From NCBI GenBank assembly GCA_043228905.1, contig JBHGNT010000005.1:12090001-12154000 (forward strand): a DNA stretch of 64,000 nt, written 5' to 3'. Below, one piece after another: positions 51,501 through 64,000 of this stretch. Under the pieces are notes generated by a model. It was not told where the DNA came from, did no database searches, and saw only the letters and a list, made by a program, of their open reading frames with translations. Within the stretch, counting starts at the first letter, position 1. Each line of letters begins with the position of its first letter. Origin of the DNA: Azolla caroliniana (lineage: Eukaryota; Plantae; Polypodiophyta). A program made the position numbers and the translations under genes.

Positions 51501-52472
51501 TTCTAGGAACTCTGATTCCTTTGTCTTTCATGTTCTGATTCGGTAAGAAGGGCTTTGGCGTCGGAGATCACCTCCTTGTCTTTCCGACGTGCCTTCTCAT
51601 CTAGCAAGCTCGACATGACTCTTGCTAGGGATAATTTTTTTCCTTCCGGCCCGGCGTTGCCCAACGTGACAACTAACGTCTCCTAGCTATCCGGGAGGGA
51701 ACCGAGCAGGAGTAGAGCAAGTACCTCATTGGCAAGAGGTACTTCCAACGAGGTTGCTTGGTGTATCAGCCCTTGGAAGGCATTCATGTGCTCCACCATA
51801 CTGGATCCGTCTTGGTACCAGAGCCTCACTAGCTTCCGAAATACCTAAACCCAATTAACGGCATTCTTGTTTTGGAACATGATGCCGATCTTGTCCCAGA
51901 GTTCATGAGCCTTGCTCTCTTCATTGAAGTTGTTATACAGGCTCATGTCGATGAAGCACCGGATGTATGCCGAAGTCTTCACGTGCATCACCTCCCACAC
52001 CATGGCTTCGAACTTATCCGGTCTCTTGGCCCTAAACTAAACTGGCAACCAAAGATCTTTAACCACTAGCATGTCCCTCATATTCGACTTCCACATTGAG
52101 TAGTTGGAGCTGGTGAGCTTGAACATGCCGCTGTAAGATTCTTCCATTTTCTGTGTTGCTCGCTCGGATACCAGTTTCCCGAGAAATGCACGGAATATCG
52201 CTCAGCCACAACCGAGTAGCAAATCACTTCTATAAGAATCAAACACAGAAATGGGAAGTGGAGAGTACACAAAGAAAAATGACATAGGATGTTTACGTGG
52301 AAAAACCCTAATAGGGAAAAAAACCACGGGAGCCCATAGACTCCGAACTATCACTATGAAGAGAAGGGGTACAATCAGAGACTCGGAGGCAACGACCTCA
52401 AGATCTGTTTCTTCCCATAGTGGCGGTTACAACAGAGTATCACTTTGTATCTCTCTCCCTCCCTCTCTCTCT

Positions 52473-52536
<64 letters not shown>

Positions 52537-52539
<3 letters not shown>

Positions 52540-55500
52540 AAAGCTCTCTGTAAGTTCTCTCCGGCCATAGTTTTCTACGTTCTATAGCTCGTTGGAAAGC
52601 TCTTTGAGAGAGCTTTCTAAAGAATGTTCAGTTACTGAATTCCGTTACCGTGGCGAGAAGTTATGAGCATTTTCATCCGCAACCATCTTTGCCCCACGGT
52701 TCCTCAAACAGAAGGTAGATTTTGAAGCCCTAAATCGAGTGAAAGGTACATTCTCTCTCCTTCCCTCTCTATCTCTCTTTTCCTGTAGGGTTTGTCCCTA
52801 CAATGGAAAATACTCGTAAAACCGCCGCAAAGTTCGGTGGTATGATTGATAATGAGCCGAGATCACCAGCAAATCTCGATTCTAATGCAATGGACAAAAT
52901 GCTTATGAGTCACTTGATTTCTCTTCAAGAAATCATAAACAAGCAAGGTGAAGAGATTAGGACGTTAATGAAAGAGAATACTAAGCTCCAAAGTGTTGTC
53001 ATTGAGAATGAAAGTCTTAAACAAGTGGTTGCAAAACTTCAAGAAGTGATTCAAGAATGTAAAAGAGCTTCTTTTGAAACAAATGAGCGCCTTAACAAGA
53101 TTGAGTTAAAGGAAGCATTAAAAGAAGAAAAATTGGACACGATGAGGCGGGATGTAAGTGAGATGATTTGTTTTTTTTAAAGACTCTCCCCACAAAATAA
53201 ATTTTGTTTGGTAGGATTCAGAAACTTGAGCTTTTTTTATTTGGATAGTACCACCATGAAAAAAGCCCTCGCTTCAACCGATTCTGCGCTTCAATGTAAT
53301 TACCAGGGGAAAGTGCTACTGCTTGTCTCCGATAATCGGCGGCTTGATCGAACCGAGCTTCTGAATTTTCTGAGTCTCCCTCCTGAATGGCCTGTTCCCC
53401 TCGGTCAGGATGGATGGATCTTTTTGTAGACCTCCTCCCTCAGAACCGAACTTGAGAGTTTCCTACCTCATATGGCTCGAACAACTACGTTTCTGGTTGG
53501 CTAACTAGCAAACTATCCCCCTGAAATAGAGTAAACCAATTTCCGATTCGTCGAAGAGTCGGAAGTGTATGTACAATGAAGTCATGGGCCGATGTATGTG
53601 GTGGGGATGTGCTATCAAACTCATCTAATATGCATGTGATGCATCAAGAGAAGAATATAGAAAGCATAGATGTCCGAGAATTGAAAGAACGTGAACGACG
53701 ATCAAAGAACATTGTCGTCCGTGGGATTAAAGAAGAGAGTATTGAAACACCCGCATCCCTTGGAAAGGCCATTGGTGAATTTTTTAGCGTGCATTATGGG
53801 ATGTCAGATGTGAATGTATATGGGGCACACCGAGTTGGGAAACATGGTGTTACTCGCTCCGGAGAAAGGCCTATTGTATGCACAATGACAGATGATACAA
53901 AGCGGCAGATCATACTCGAAAATAGTTGGATATACCTCAAAGGTACACAATGCTTTGTGAGTGAAGATCGTACTATCTCACAACAAAATGCTCGTCGTAA
54001 AGCATATGAAGAAAGATTGAAAAACAAGGTTAAGGATGTGCCTAAAGATGGAAATGTAGGCAAATAGGGACACGTGATCTATGAGACTAACCCACGCCTT
54101 TTACAACTATGCTTTTGGAATTGCAATGGATACCCATGGAATGCGGGATTTGGCATAGAGGAGTTCACCGATGACTCGGATATCACACTTCTTGTTGAAA
54201 CATGGGAGCATGATACTCAAAGGATTCAAGGTTTAGGAAACTATAATGTACACTCTTTGATATGGAAGAAAAATCCAAGACAAAGAAGAGGACAAGGAGG
54301 GGTGGCATGTTTGGTTAAGAAGGAAATAGAGAAATATGTGTCAATCATAAAAAGTGATGAAAATAAATGCTACATATGGCTCAAAATAGAAACACCTAAT
54401 CATTTGCCCACTTTTGTAGTTGGATGTTACATTCCTCATCAAGATTCTAACTTTTATGCTTGTTTGGATAAAGATCAACCGTTTGCCAATCTAGAAGATG
54501 ATATTGCTTATTTCAAATCCAAAGGGGAAGTTATTGTCTTTGGTGACATGAATTCTCGTACAAGAAGTTTCCAACTTGATTCACAAGAATCTTTCATGCC
54601 ACATATCTCAAGGATGCAAGAGGATATGCAAATGTATAACCGCGCTTCTAGAGATGAAAAAGATCCGGACCAATTTGGGAAGTTACTCCTACAAATGTGC
54701 AATAGTACCAGATTGCTTATTGCAAATGGTATTTCCTTATGGGCCAACACTAATGGTTTTACATGTAGAAAACACAACGGAAATAGTGTGATTGACTATG
54801 TGCTACTTTCCGAAGGTATTTTGGATCGTATACATAAATTCTCACTTGGTGAATGGACACCGGAATCCGATCATAGGCCTTTATGTATTGATCTCAAATG
54901 TATGCATAGGTTTGATTGTGAGAAGGCTATTGAAGATAATAAACAAACGCACTTGAGCATTAACCTTAAGTGAGCACCCATGTTTTCCAAGATGGTTGAG
55001 GATATGTTACAAATGACAAAGATACAATATGGTGCCACACTAGAATGCAAATGGGAAGCTTTCAAGAAAGTCATTCTCTCATGTACAAACAAATGTTTTT
55101 CGACCAACCGCACATCTTGGAAATGCACCAAGAAACTTAGGAAAAAATGGTTTGATAAAGAATGTCGTGAAGCTCGAAAGTGCCTTATGGTTTTGGATAT
55201 AGTTAAGGATAAAGAGAATTACCAAAAGCATTTGCATGAGTATAAAAGGCTTATTCAAACAAAGAGAAGAATATGGGAAGTTACTCAACAATTTATCCAA
55301 ACGCAAGAGAAAGCACATGCATGTGCTAAATTTTGGGGAAATCCTAAGGGAAAACGTGTTGAGAGTTATGGTGACTTAACTCTTCACGACTTGTCTATGC
55401 ATTGTAAGAATTTATATGAGTTATCTCTTGCCGGAAAGATGATGTGTTATGGTTCTCTTTCACATATGCCTCCCTTCTTTATAATTGAAGATATATGCAT

Positions 55501-57510
55501 AGGACTTAAGAAATTGGCCTCTCGAAAGGCAAGCGATCTTCAATGTATAAAGGCTGAAATGCTCAAATGGACGGGAAAGGAAGCACATATATGGATAAGC
55601 GATATGTTTAATGATGCATTGCAACATGGTATGCCGTACGATTGGACTACAAATTGGATCAAACCTTTACATAAAGGTGGAGATATAAATAATGTAAACA
55701 ACTATCGAACCATCATGGTTGGCTCATTAATGGGAAAACTATTTGGATGTATAATGGAATCAAAGATAAGTGTATGGGCTGAAAAAAGTGGTAAGAGAGC
55801 TTCTGGACAAGCTGGCTTTCGGAAACATCATAGCACCATTGATCATCTTATCACCCTTCGAGTATTAATGGAGGAAAGTCGCCTTAGAGGTAAAGGTTTA
55901 TATTGTTGCTTTGTAGACTTCAAGAAAGCTTTTGATATGGTACCTCGTGAGCATCTTTGGAGGCAAATGGAAGAACTTGAGGTGCCAAGTGAATATATGC
56001 TTGCAATTTCCCGAATTTATGAGAAGGTTATATGTTGTGTGCGCATGAGAGATAAACTTTCAGATTTTTTCAAAAGCACTATTGGTGTTAAGCAAGGATG
56101 CCCACTCTCACCAACACTATTTGGTCTATGCATTGATGAATTGGAAGAAATGGTTACCGAGTTTGCAAAGGAAGAATGTGTTGAAGAAGTTGCCATTGGG
56201 AATGTTGTGATTATGTTTTTGCTATATGCAGATGATGTAGTGCTTTTTGCAAATACTTTAGGAGATGCACAAAAGCTTATGAAGGCATTGGAAATTTTTT
56301 GCATGCATACTAAATTAAGTGTCAATAGCTCTAAAACAAAGATTATGCTTGTGAAGAGCCAAAAAAGAGATAAACCATGCATTATGTACAACAACGAGCC
56401 ACTTGAATGTGTGGAAAGCTTCAAATATCTTGGCCTTGAAGTTCCTTCAAATGATAGATGGAATGAATGTGCTACATGCCGCTTAGAGGCGGGCAAACGA
56501 GCATACTATGCATTTGAGAACACATGCAATCTTGGAGATATTAAGTGTTGGGTCCTCAAGAAATATCTTTTCGACACTTTGGTGACACCGGTTCTTCTCT
56601 ATGGGGCGGTAGCATCCCTAAATCTACGTGGAAAGAGTTTGAAAATGTTCAAAAGCATTTTCTTACCAAGTTTCTACAAGTTAAGAAACAAACGCCCTAC
56701 ACCCTCCTCCTCCTTGAGACAGGATCGCTTCCCATTGAGATCTTGGCCATGGAAAGGGTTGTTGAATACATGCTTAAGGTTCAAAAAAGTCCCTCACATC
56801 AAGTTCCTAGAATTGCGTGGGAAGCAAGCAAAAAGATCCAAAAGACACATAAAAGCAAAATTTTGTGTTCCGGTTGGATGCAAGATATAGAAAAATGGTT
56901 TGGTAGATGGGATGCGAGACACTTGCTTCATGATGCATCATTAGATTCCTCTGTAAATGAGGTATTTTTGCAACGCCAATGTATCATGACATGGGACAAA
57001 TGTGGAGGGTCACGCTTCACACATTATACTACACATGTTGCACCTAACTACAAAACCATATTCTTTGCGGAACGGGGAAATTGTACACATCCATACATAT
57101 TAGAGCCCATACCGTTATCTTCCATTTGAACCATTGCTTCCATGCAACTTAGCTCACATGCATTGCGATGTGAAACAGGGCGTTGGGGTACAATTGATGA
57201 GAGTGGTTGGCTATGCACACTTTGCCCTAAACAAGTTCGCGAGTCTGAGTATCACACTTTGATACAATGCTCCGCCTTTGATCATATTCGACCATGCTTT
57301 CCACATCTCTTCGATCGAGCCCAATCTTTGCATGAATTCCTCTCACAACCACAATGTGCACTCTCGATTGCAACATTCATTGGTAAAGTTCTTGAACATC
57401 GAGAGTCACTACTCACTTTCACACGTATCACGTGAAATGTAATATTTTTGGTCTCATAGGTCATATTTGACCTCCGAAGATGATAATATAATCTATCTAT
57501 CTATCTATCT
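52537..57510 (+). mobile_element. Near-full-length RTE-X-like LINE (ORF1 52803-54067 split by an insert; ORF2 ~54074-57435 with a few lesions; (CTAT)n tail)
   Basis: ORF1 coiled coil and RERRSKNIVVRGIKEE; APE motifs FWNCNG, VETW, GDMNSRT, SVIDY, SDHRP; [24 protein letters not shown]; C-terminal LSSHALRCETGRW..CTLC..H...C; sits in the (CT)n tract of the A2 LTR. Confidence 0.9.
53161..53562 (-). pseudogene. ycf3: Nuclear plastid insertion (NUPT): 3' end of a ycf3 group II intron plus exon 3 (53403-53218)
   Basis: Minus strand carries group II domain V gagccatatgaggtaggaaactctcaagttcggttc (53478-53443), an intron end ...AC, then [44 protein letters not shown], matching the Ycf3 C-terminus. Confidence 0.92.
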
Positions 57511-57852
57511 CTGTACAACAATTACAACAATATGACAACCACATAAAGTGATTGCCCTAAGTCATATTTATAGTTATATGAACTTAGGGTTATTTACAAA
57601 TATAGCCTCAATGGGCTTATTCAAGACATATTTACAAATCTGTCTTCTCTTCCGGTTCTCATAGGGTCCACTGATCCGGTTTCTGGATCTCTTCTGGATC
57701 TCTTCCGGTTCTCACCGGGTCTCCTCCGGTTTCCTGTCTTCTCTTTCGGTTCTCACTGGATCCACCGATCCGGTTTCCGGATCTCTTCCGGTTCTCATCG
57801 GGTCCTCTTTATTCATCACCGGATCCTGTCCGGAGAGACCGATTTCCCAACA

Positions 57853-60800
57853 CAGTGGAGGGGCCCGATGGAGTAGATACCTCCTGCCGGTAGGCTGGTA
57901 AGGGCCTGCACCATGCCCTCTGTGATCTCCTCGAGGTCGATTTGTAACGCGACCTTCTGCGGTTCTTCATGCAGTGGCGCCTCTACTATCCGGAGGAATC
58001 CCTCCAATCCGTATCTGTTGAGCCAATCTTTCGCCGTGTTGTGTCGGATAGAGCCATTGATCTCATGTCTTCTTCTTTGCTTTCGTTTCTTTGGTGGAGT
58101 TCCTTGTTGCTAGTGCTCGCCTGTGCTCTTTTGAAAATCTGTAAACTCCTCTGGTCTCTAAATATCCTGTTTTCACAAAATGACAGTGCCTCTATTAACT
58201 GGATGTTTTGTGCTCCCATTCAATCCAACCGCCTTTTCTTGATTCCCGCACATGCATGTCGTGTACCATAATAGTATGTGTACACTGCATGGTACGTTTT
58301 AAATGGTTGTTGTCACGTCTTTTCATGGTGGCCATTCATGGCGCAGGTTCCACAGTTACTTCTTCCCCGTTGGGCCCTGGTTGCTCGAACGGATTCTTCG
58401 GCATCAGTCACTTGTCCAACACTTCGCTGGCTAGCGTGCACAGTTGGTATGAGCCCTTGAATTGTCTTGTTATCCAATACGACTTGGTCCACCGAAACCG
58501 TAGCTTTCCCAGCATTTTGCCCATCCGGGTCTGGAATACTAAGACGGGCTTGTCGATCCCAAAGTCCTTCTCGTTCCCTCATTTGTGCCGGTCCACAAAA
58601 GCTTTTCTTCGTCGTTGCTCAAGTTCTAATTGTAACATACTTGCTATCCGGTGCTCTTCCAACTCGCACAGCGCCACCAGGAGGATTTTCTCCAATTCTT
58701 TTTCACTTAACCGTTCCCAAACCTATATCCTTAAGCTGGGAATTTGGAATTCCATCAACATTTCTACTTCCAACCCGAACGCTAACCGGAATGGTGTCGT
58801 CCGAATACTTGTTTTATACGTCGTCCGATATGCCCATAGCGCTTTGTAACTTTGTGTCCAAGTCGGTTCGGTTTTCATTGATGATCTTCCGGAGAATATT
58901 CTGTAGTGTCTTATTGGTGAATTCCCCCAACCCGTTGGCCTATGGATAGTACGGCGTTGTCGTGAAAATCCGTCACTATGTGCGGATCGTGAGACGGAAC
59001 TGCCGGGGTTCTGGACTAGAAGGATTTAGAGCAACATGCACAACACAAGCAAGGTTTAAGCATAAGACAAGTGGGAGAGACAAATCATTAGTTTATTGCA
59101 AAAGAAAATCGATTTTTAATAATTTCAGAATCGTGCTACAATGGGTTGGGTATGGAAATGAGAGATTAATTTTTCAAAGAAAGGAGCCAACAACCATGCA
59201 AGGAGTGGTCCGATATGAATACGAGAGATAATTTTTGATAAGAAAGATCAAGTCAACAAAGCTAGGAGTTTGATACCAATATGTGAGATAATTTGTTTCT
59301 CGAATCCAAGAGGGAAGAAGAAGGAAGAAAAAAAAAAAAAAAAACTAGGAGGGAAAAAAATGGGACATATATCGAGCTCCTCGTTGATCCTCCTCCCCAA
59401 TGTTACTTTGCATGCTCACTTTTAGTTGGATGGCCTCTATTTTTAGTTGCATGGCCTCTGCTTTTAGTTGCATGCTTCCATTTTTAGATGCATGCCTTTT
59501 ACTTTTAGTTGCATGGCCTTGGCTTTTGGTTGCATGCGATTGTCTGTATAATTCGGCCAAATGACACAATCATCCATAAAGTTTAGCTCGTGCGTCGCAA
59601 CCAAACCATAGACGCGCCCACGCGCAAAAGTCTCGACCGCGTAGTGTACGCATCTGCGCGCTCGTCCGCACACACGTGTCCGCACGCAAAAAGTCCTGAC
59701 CGCGCCGCACTGTACGCATCCACGCTTACGTGCATCCTGACCGCGTCGTGTACGCATCCGCACGCTCGTCCGAAACGTCCACGTTACCGTGCACGCGTAC
59801 ACCCGAAACTTGCACACGCGCATACATCCGAAGACGTCCACGTGGCCATGCACACGCTCATACGCCCGAAGCGTTAACACGACCGTGCATATGCACATAC
59901 GTGCATACGCCCGAAGCGTTAACACAACCATGCATACACACATACACACATACGCCCAAAGCGTAATCACGGCCGTGCATACGCATGTATGCCCGAAGCG
60001 TGCACACCACACAATGTAGTCCAAGTCACCTTGAGCATTCTGTGTTCCACACATTGATAGAATGAATATGTTTTGGTTTCCCTTATATATCCTGGGTTCC
60101 AATGTTGTCCTATCTATGTGGAATATCTCACAGTTTTGTCTGTTCTTTCTTCTTCTTCAAACTTCACACTCACATAGCTTGATACTTCTTTATCCGTTTC
60201 ATGCGTAGTAAAATACGCTATGAAACTCTTGAAGACACCTATCTATATGAATACATTAAGCTAATATTAAATAATTATTTTACTAGTTTTCATATTGTGT
60301 GTGAAAAACCACACGACAACGTGCTCCGTTTATGCACAACCACATAGAACGTTGTCAACCTTTCCACCACCTGGCCGAGGAAATGACCACCCTGATCACT
60401 GATAAGCTCAATCAGGCAACTGTATCTGCACCAAATGTATTCATATAGAAATTTTGTTGTCGATGTTGCGGTGTTGTCTCGTAGAGCTTTGGCTTCTACC
60501 CACTTTGTACAGTAATCGATTGCGACAATAATATACCGGTTACCGGTTAACATTGTCGGCGTCTTGAATGGTCCTACAAAATCCAAACCCCATTTCTGGA
60601 AAGATCCAATGGCAAGACCAGTTGGTGTGGCATCCGTGCTTATTCTATGGGTTGCCCCATCCGTTGACAGAGATCACATTCCTTTGCATACCAAATCGTG
60701 TCTTTCATGGTTGTCGGCCACCATAATCCACATCTCCAAATTTTTCGTGTTGTAGCGTCCTTGTCATAGTGGCCTCCCGCCACTCTGCAATGGGCTTCGC

Positions 60801-61130
60801 GTACGATTGCGTCCTTTTCGTCGCTCCAGACCGTGCGTCGCCATATTCCGTCGGCTCCCTTGTGGTACAGGGTGTCATGTAATACACAAAAATGATGGCT
60901 TTGGACTGCCAAACACTTCCGTTCGTCCCGGTTCAATTCGTTCAAAGGCATTCCGGTGCTCAGGAACAACTAGGTGTTAGTGAGCCATTTATCGTCACCG
61001 GTCACCGTTTCGTCTACTGTGTTTTCCGCGGTCACCCTAAATATTTGTGCATCCGAAAACTTATCCCGGACTCCGTCTTCTGCTTCACCGGACTCTAACC
61101 GGCCCAAATAGTTGGCTACCGCATGTTGCA
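57853..61130 (-). mobile_element. Degenerate Gypsy integrase region (non-chromovirus-like), interrupted by 58958-60318
   Basis: AHCRVAGGH, ECDLCQR, DFVGP, DYCTKWVEA, ISDQGGHF, HKRSTPYYP*ANG. Confidence 0.82.
58958..60318. mobile_element. Solo-LTR-like insertion (TGTCG...CGACA) with internal ~21-bp and ~45-bp tandem repeats
   Basis: Termini TGTCG/CGACA, flanks GCGT/ACGT; removal restores the host frame HKRSTPYYP. Confidence 0.75.
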
Positions 61131-62282
61131 CTCCTGGCTGGTGGTATGAAGAAGCAGACTAACACACCGCTCTGGGTGGTGACGAAGGAAGAATATCAGT
61201 CGGTGCTCGTGTCCAAATTCCAGAACGCCCCTGGTCCAGACACCGGGGCACATGGGCACCGGAGAAATACTGGTGGCTAGGAGTGTATTATGACGTACAC
61301 CACTTCGTGACGACATGCAAGAGTTGTCAAATGCATTCCAGAATCTGGCACCGAGATGATTTGCACTCTACCTACCCGCCAACCATTCACTTCAAGTGGA
61401 TGGTAGATCTAGTGACAATGCCGATAGGGGTACGACGGATGCAATACCTTGTGCTTGCAAGCTTTGTGTTTCTGGCCGTGTTCGGTTGTAATCTTTTATT
61501 CTCCTCTATTAATTATTAGTGTTTGATGAGTCTCTACTTGTGCTTGGTAATTCCGTCCCGTTTTTGTTTTGTTGCGTCTAGAGCTTACGATCTCATCTTT
61601 GTTCTATTCTCGTTCAAGTGTGGGTGTTCGGTGTGTTAGACCGTGTGCTCATTGCCCATTGTCCAACACAGCTCTGAAACCGAACGCGTGCCGAGCCCGT
61701 GTGCTCACCATGAGGCATCCGGAGACTTGTTCGAACCTAATAGGATACTGATAATGCGTGCTAATCCAGCTCCGGAATCTGATCAGGATAATCCCTTTTC
61801 CTCACCAGATCCTTGGTCGGAGACCTTAGTGGTCCCACCCCGTTCCGACACATCCACGCGAAAATCTGCGACAGAACATTATGGGTGTACCGGATGACAT
61901 ACAAAACAAGCATCTGGTCAACATCTTTCCAACTGGCATTCGGACTGGAAGCGGTCATTTCAATAGAATTTCAGGTTCAAAGCCTATGAGTGCAAGTACG
62001 TGAACGGCTAACCGAGTAGGATTCGCAATGTGTCCGGTTGGAGATGCTTTGCGAGGTCGAGGAACACTGGATACTAAGTTTAATGTAGATGGAATTAGAG
62101 GAGCGTCGGAGGAAGGCATTTGTTGACTGAAACCGGAAAGGTAACAAGAAGGAGTTCGGGATCGGAAAACCGGTTTTAGTATTCCAAACACGGATGGGGA
62201 GCATGCTGGGAAAGCTCTGATTTAGATGGACGGGACCCTATTGGATCACAAAGGAATTTAAGGGATTATATAAGTTGGGCAC
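61130..62282 (+). mobile_element. Scrambled Gypsy integrase fragments on the + strand
   Basis: HHFVTTCKSCQ..KWMVDLV; at 61860-62280 RRKAFVD..VLVFQTRMG..RWTGPYWI, an inverted homolog of ~58440-58850. Confidence 0.7.
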
Positions 62283-62371
62283 TGTAAAAAGAACAACACG
62301 CAGAAGCAATAGAAAACCAAACATAAGAAAAAACACAGGTTTAATGGAGAGATTGGACATACACATTATGT
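62283..62371 (-). mobile_element. Start of a family-B-like Copia LTR, interrupted by Gypsy G
   Basis: tgtaaaaag...caggtttaatggagag matches the start of the LTR at 43051. Confidence 0.6.
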
Positions 62372-64000
62372 TGTCGAGGTATTCCTCGCGGATGCGTGGA
62401 ATGAGGCGGGGCCTCGGGGGTCTTGTACAGAAGAGCAAGAGAAAAAGGAGAAGGGAGGGGACCCACTACGTCCACTACGTGTGGGCGTAGACTCACAGGG
62501 GCACGGCCCTTCGACACAAAGACGCGAGTGGGACACCGACGTAGAGAGACACGAATGTATGTATATATATATATTAACAAGGACAAACAACAAGAAGCAC
62601 GAAGTCGGTTACAACCGAACAGGCCGGCGAACAGATGTCGATGCCTGTTCGTAAACGCTCAGAAAGAAAGGAGTAGGTTGGACGTGCTGCCGGAAGCACT
62701 CGGGCATTCCTCAGAGCAGCGCGAGCCTCCCGAAAACCTGCACAGAAAGAAGCTACGGAGTATGGAAGAGAGAGAAGCCTTCGGCCGACAACCCGACATC
62801 ACTTCGTCCTCTCTAACCTCGATGCTTCCCCCCTCCTCGTCTCCCTCCTTTTATAGGCAAGGAAGGAGCCGTTTCCCATTAACTTCCTACCTACCGAATC
62901 TACCTACCTAGGATCTTCTATGTACCTAATTCTCTCTTATGTACAACATAAGGCGTACGTGCATGAAGAGCCGGTTCCTACGCTCCGGTGCACCGATTCC
63001 GATTGTGGCCGGTTTTCTTCACGACATCCGCCCCCACCTAACCGCGCATCCACCGGCATGTGCCAAATTGAGTTGGGACGGAGAAAACCGGTCCAGCCTT
63101 CATTCCCCGCCTGTCGGTTCTTCCTCGGTTTCGGATCGTTCGTCGTCGCGGTCCAGGTTAACCGGATCCGGCTCGTCGTCGTGACGCTTCTTGAACGCTT
63201 TGATCCGCTTCCTAGCTACTGGTATCGCCATTCTCGTGCCATCGAGCTCCGCCAGATGGTACGTCCCGTTGTCGTTGGCGCTTTGTACCACGTAAGGCCC
63301 GAACCACCTTCTTGCGAACTTCCGTGTCGCTCGGTGCTGGTTGTCGAGGCTGCTGTCGTAGACTAGCACCCAGTCGCCTTCCTCGATCTTCTTTGGTCGG
63401 AGCCGGTGCGTCCGGTCGAACCGGGATTTGTTCCTCGTCCTTGCCACCAGAAGCTTTCCCGCAGCCTGCTCCACGTCCTCCGGTCTTCGCTCGAGCTGTC
63501 GTATGCGCGCCGCCAACAGTTCCTCCCGGCTCATCTCGTCTTTCCAGTCCACGGTTGCCCATGAGGAGATCGTACGTTCCATCGGCATGATCGGCTTCTG
63601 CCCAAACATGAGCTCTGTCGGCATGAATCCGGTTACCGAACTGTGCGTAGTTCGGTCCGCCCACAACGCGTAAGGCAACAGCCGCGGCCAGTTCCCGACT
63701 TGACCTCCGCATGCCCGAACTAACGCCTTGACGATCGGTCTATGTCCGCGCTCCACCTTCCCATTCGCCTCCGGATTGTACGCAGTGGTAAGCGAGAGCT
63801 TGACTCCTAGCCGGTCGAACAACTCCTCGGCCTCTTCGGCGTCCAACTCCCCGCGATCAGCCACGATCTTCCCGACGCACCTGTACCGGCATATCACGTC
63901 CTCGATCAGGAACCAACATACGACCGCGGTCGTTTTGTTCTGAAGGGCTCGGCCTTCCACCTGGTTCGTCAGATCTTCCCGAGCCAGGACCAGATAACGC
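62372..64000 (-). mobile_element. Gypsy element G, 3' part: LTR 62372-63026, PPT 63027-63039, open integrase ORF from 63100 to the window end
   Basis: TGTCG...CGACA LTR; PPT aggtgggggcgga; integrase ADRGEL, AYNPEANGKVERGH and WFGPY with no stops. Confidence 0.88.

Larger units (their letters stand above)
48765..57852 (-). mobile_element. Copia family A element A2: 5' LTR ~52176-57852 split by a LINE; gag-PR-IN-RT, truncated before RNase H
   Basis: Collinear with A1 in inverse orientation; PBS at 52162-52173; RT MQDEMDSL..KWVYKLK..YKARIVVKGF and LLLYVDD; outer LTR end tgttgggaaa at 57852. Confidence 0.9.

Noticed and set aside
53208-53429. 73-aa + strand ORF as part of LINE ORF1
   Set aside because: It is the antisense of the ycf3 insert; ORF1 rejoins in frame without it.
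24157-57852. A1 and A2 as the two ends of one giant inverted-repeat element
   Set aside because: Both are 5' halves with their own PBS, are clearly diverged, and sit in different hosts with non-matching flanks (GGATC versus CAGTG).

Overview
Eukaryotic nuclear DNA from a land plant. A fern is the most likely source (inference): introns are long and filled with transposons, RTE-X-type LINEs are present, and a plastid insert carries unedited CGG(Trp) codons. The left ~19 kb holds two host genes on the minus strand. One is the first eight exons of an ABCA2/ABCA9-clade ABC transporter, whose ATPase exons lie left of the window; its introns contain a cytochrome P450 pseudogene fragment, a solo LTR and LINE relics. 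The other is a GIL1/IRK-interacting-like gene with an uninterrupted CDS and a ~470-aa low-complexity N-terminus. From ~22 kb to the end is a nested retrotransposon cluster (L1, two Copia families, a chromodomain Gypsy, other Gypsy elements, solo LTRs and a near-full-length RTE-X LINE) in which several target-site duplications (TSDs) can be read directly. The most unusual items are: a ~400-bp plastid ycf3 fragment (group II intron end plus unedited exon 3) inserted cleanly into LINE ORF1; a Copia family whose Pol reads through a relic polypurine tract (PPT) into a conserved basic extension of ~170-200 aa; and a TGTCG...YGACA LTR group with apparent 4-bp TSDs. I found no rRNA, tRNA or CRISPR array, and no convincingly new multi-gene system. 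All calls are by eye, without database searches.
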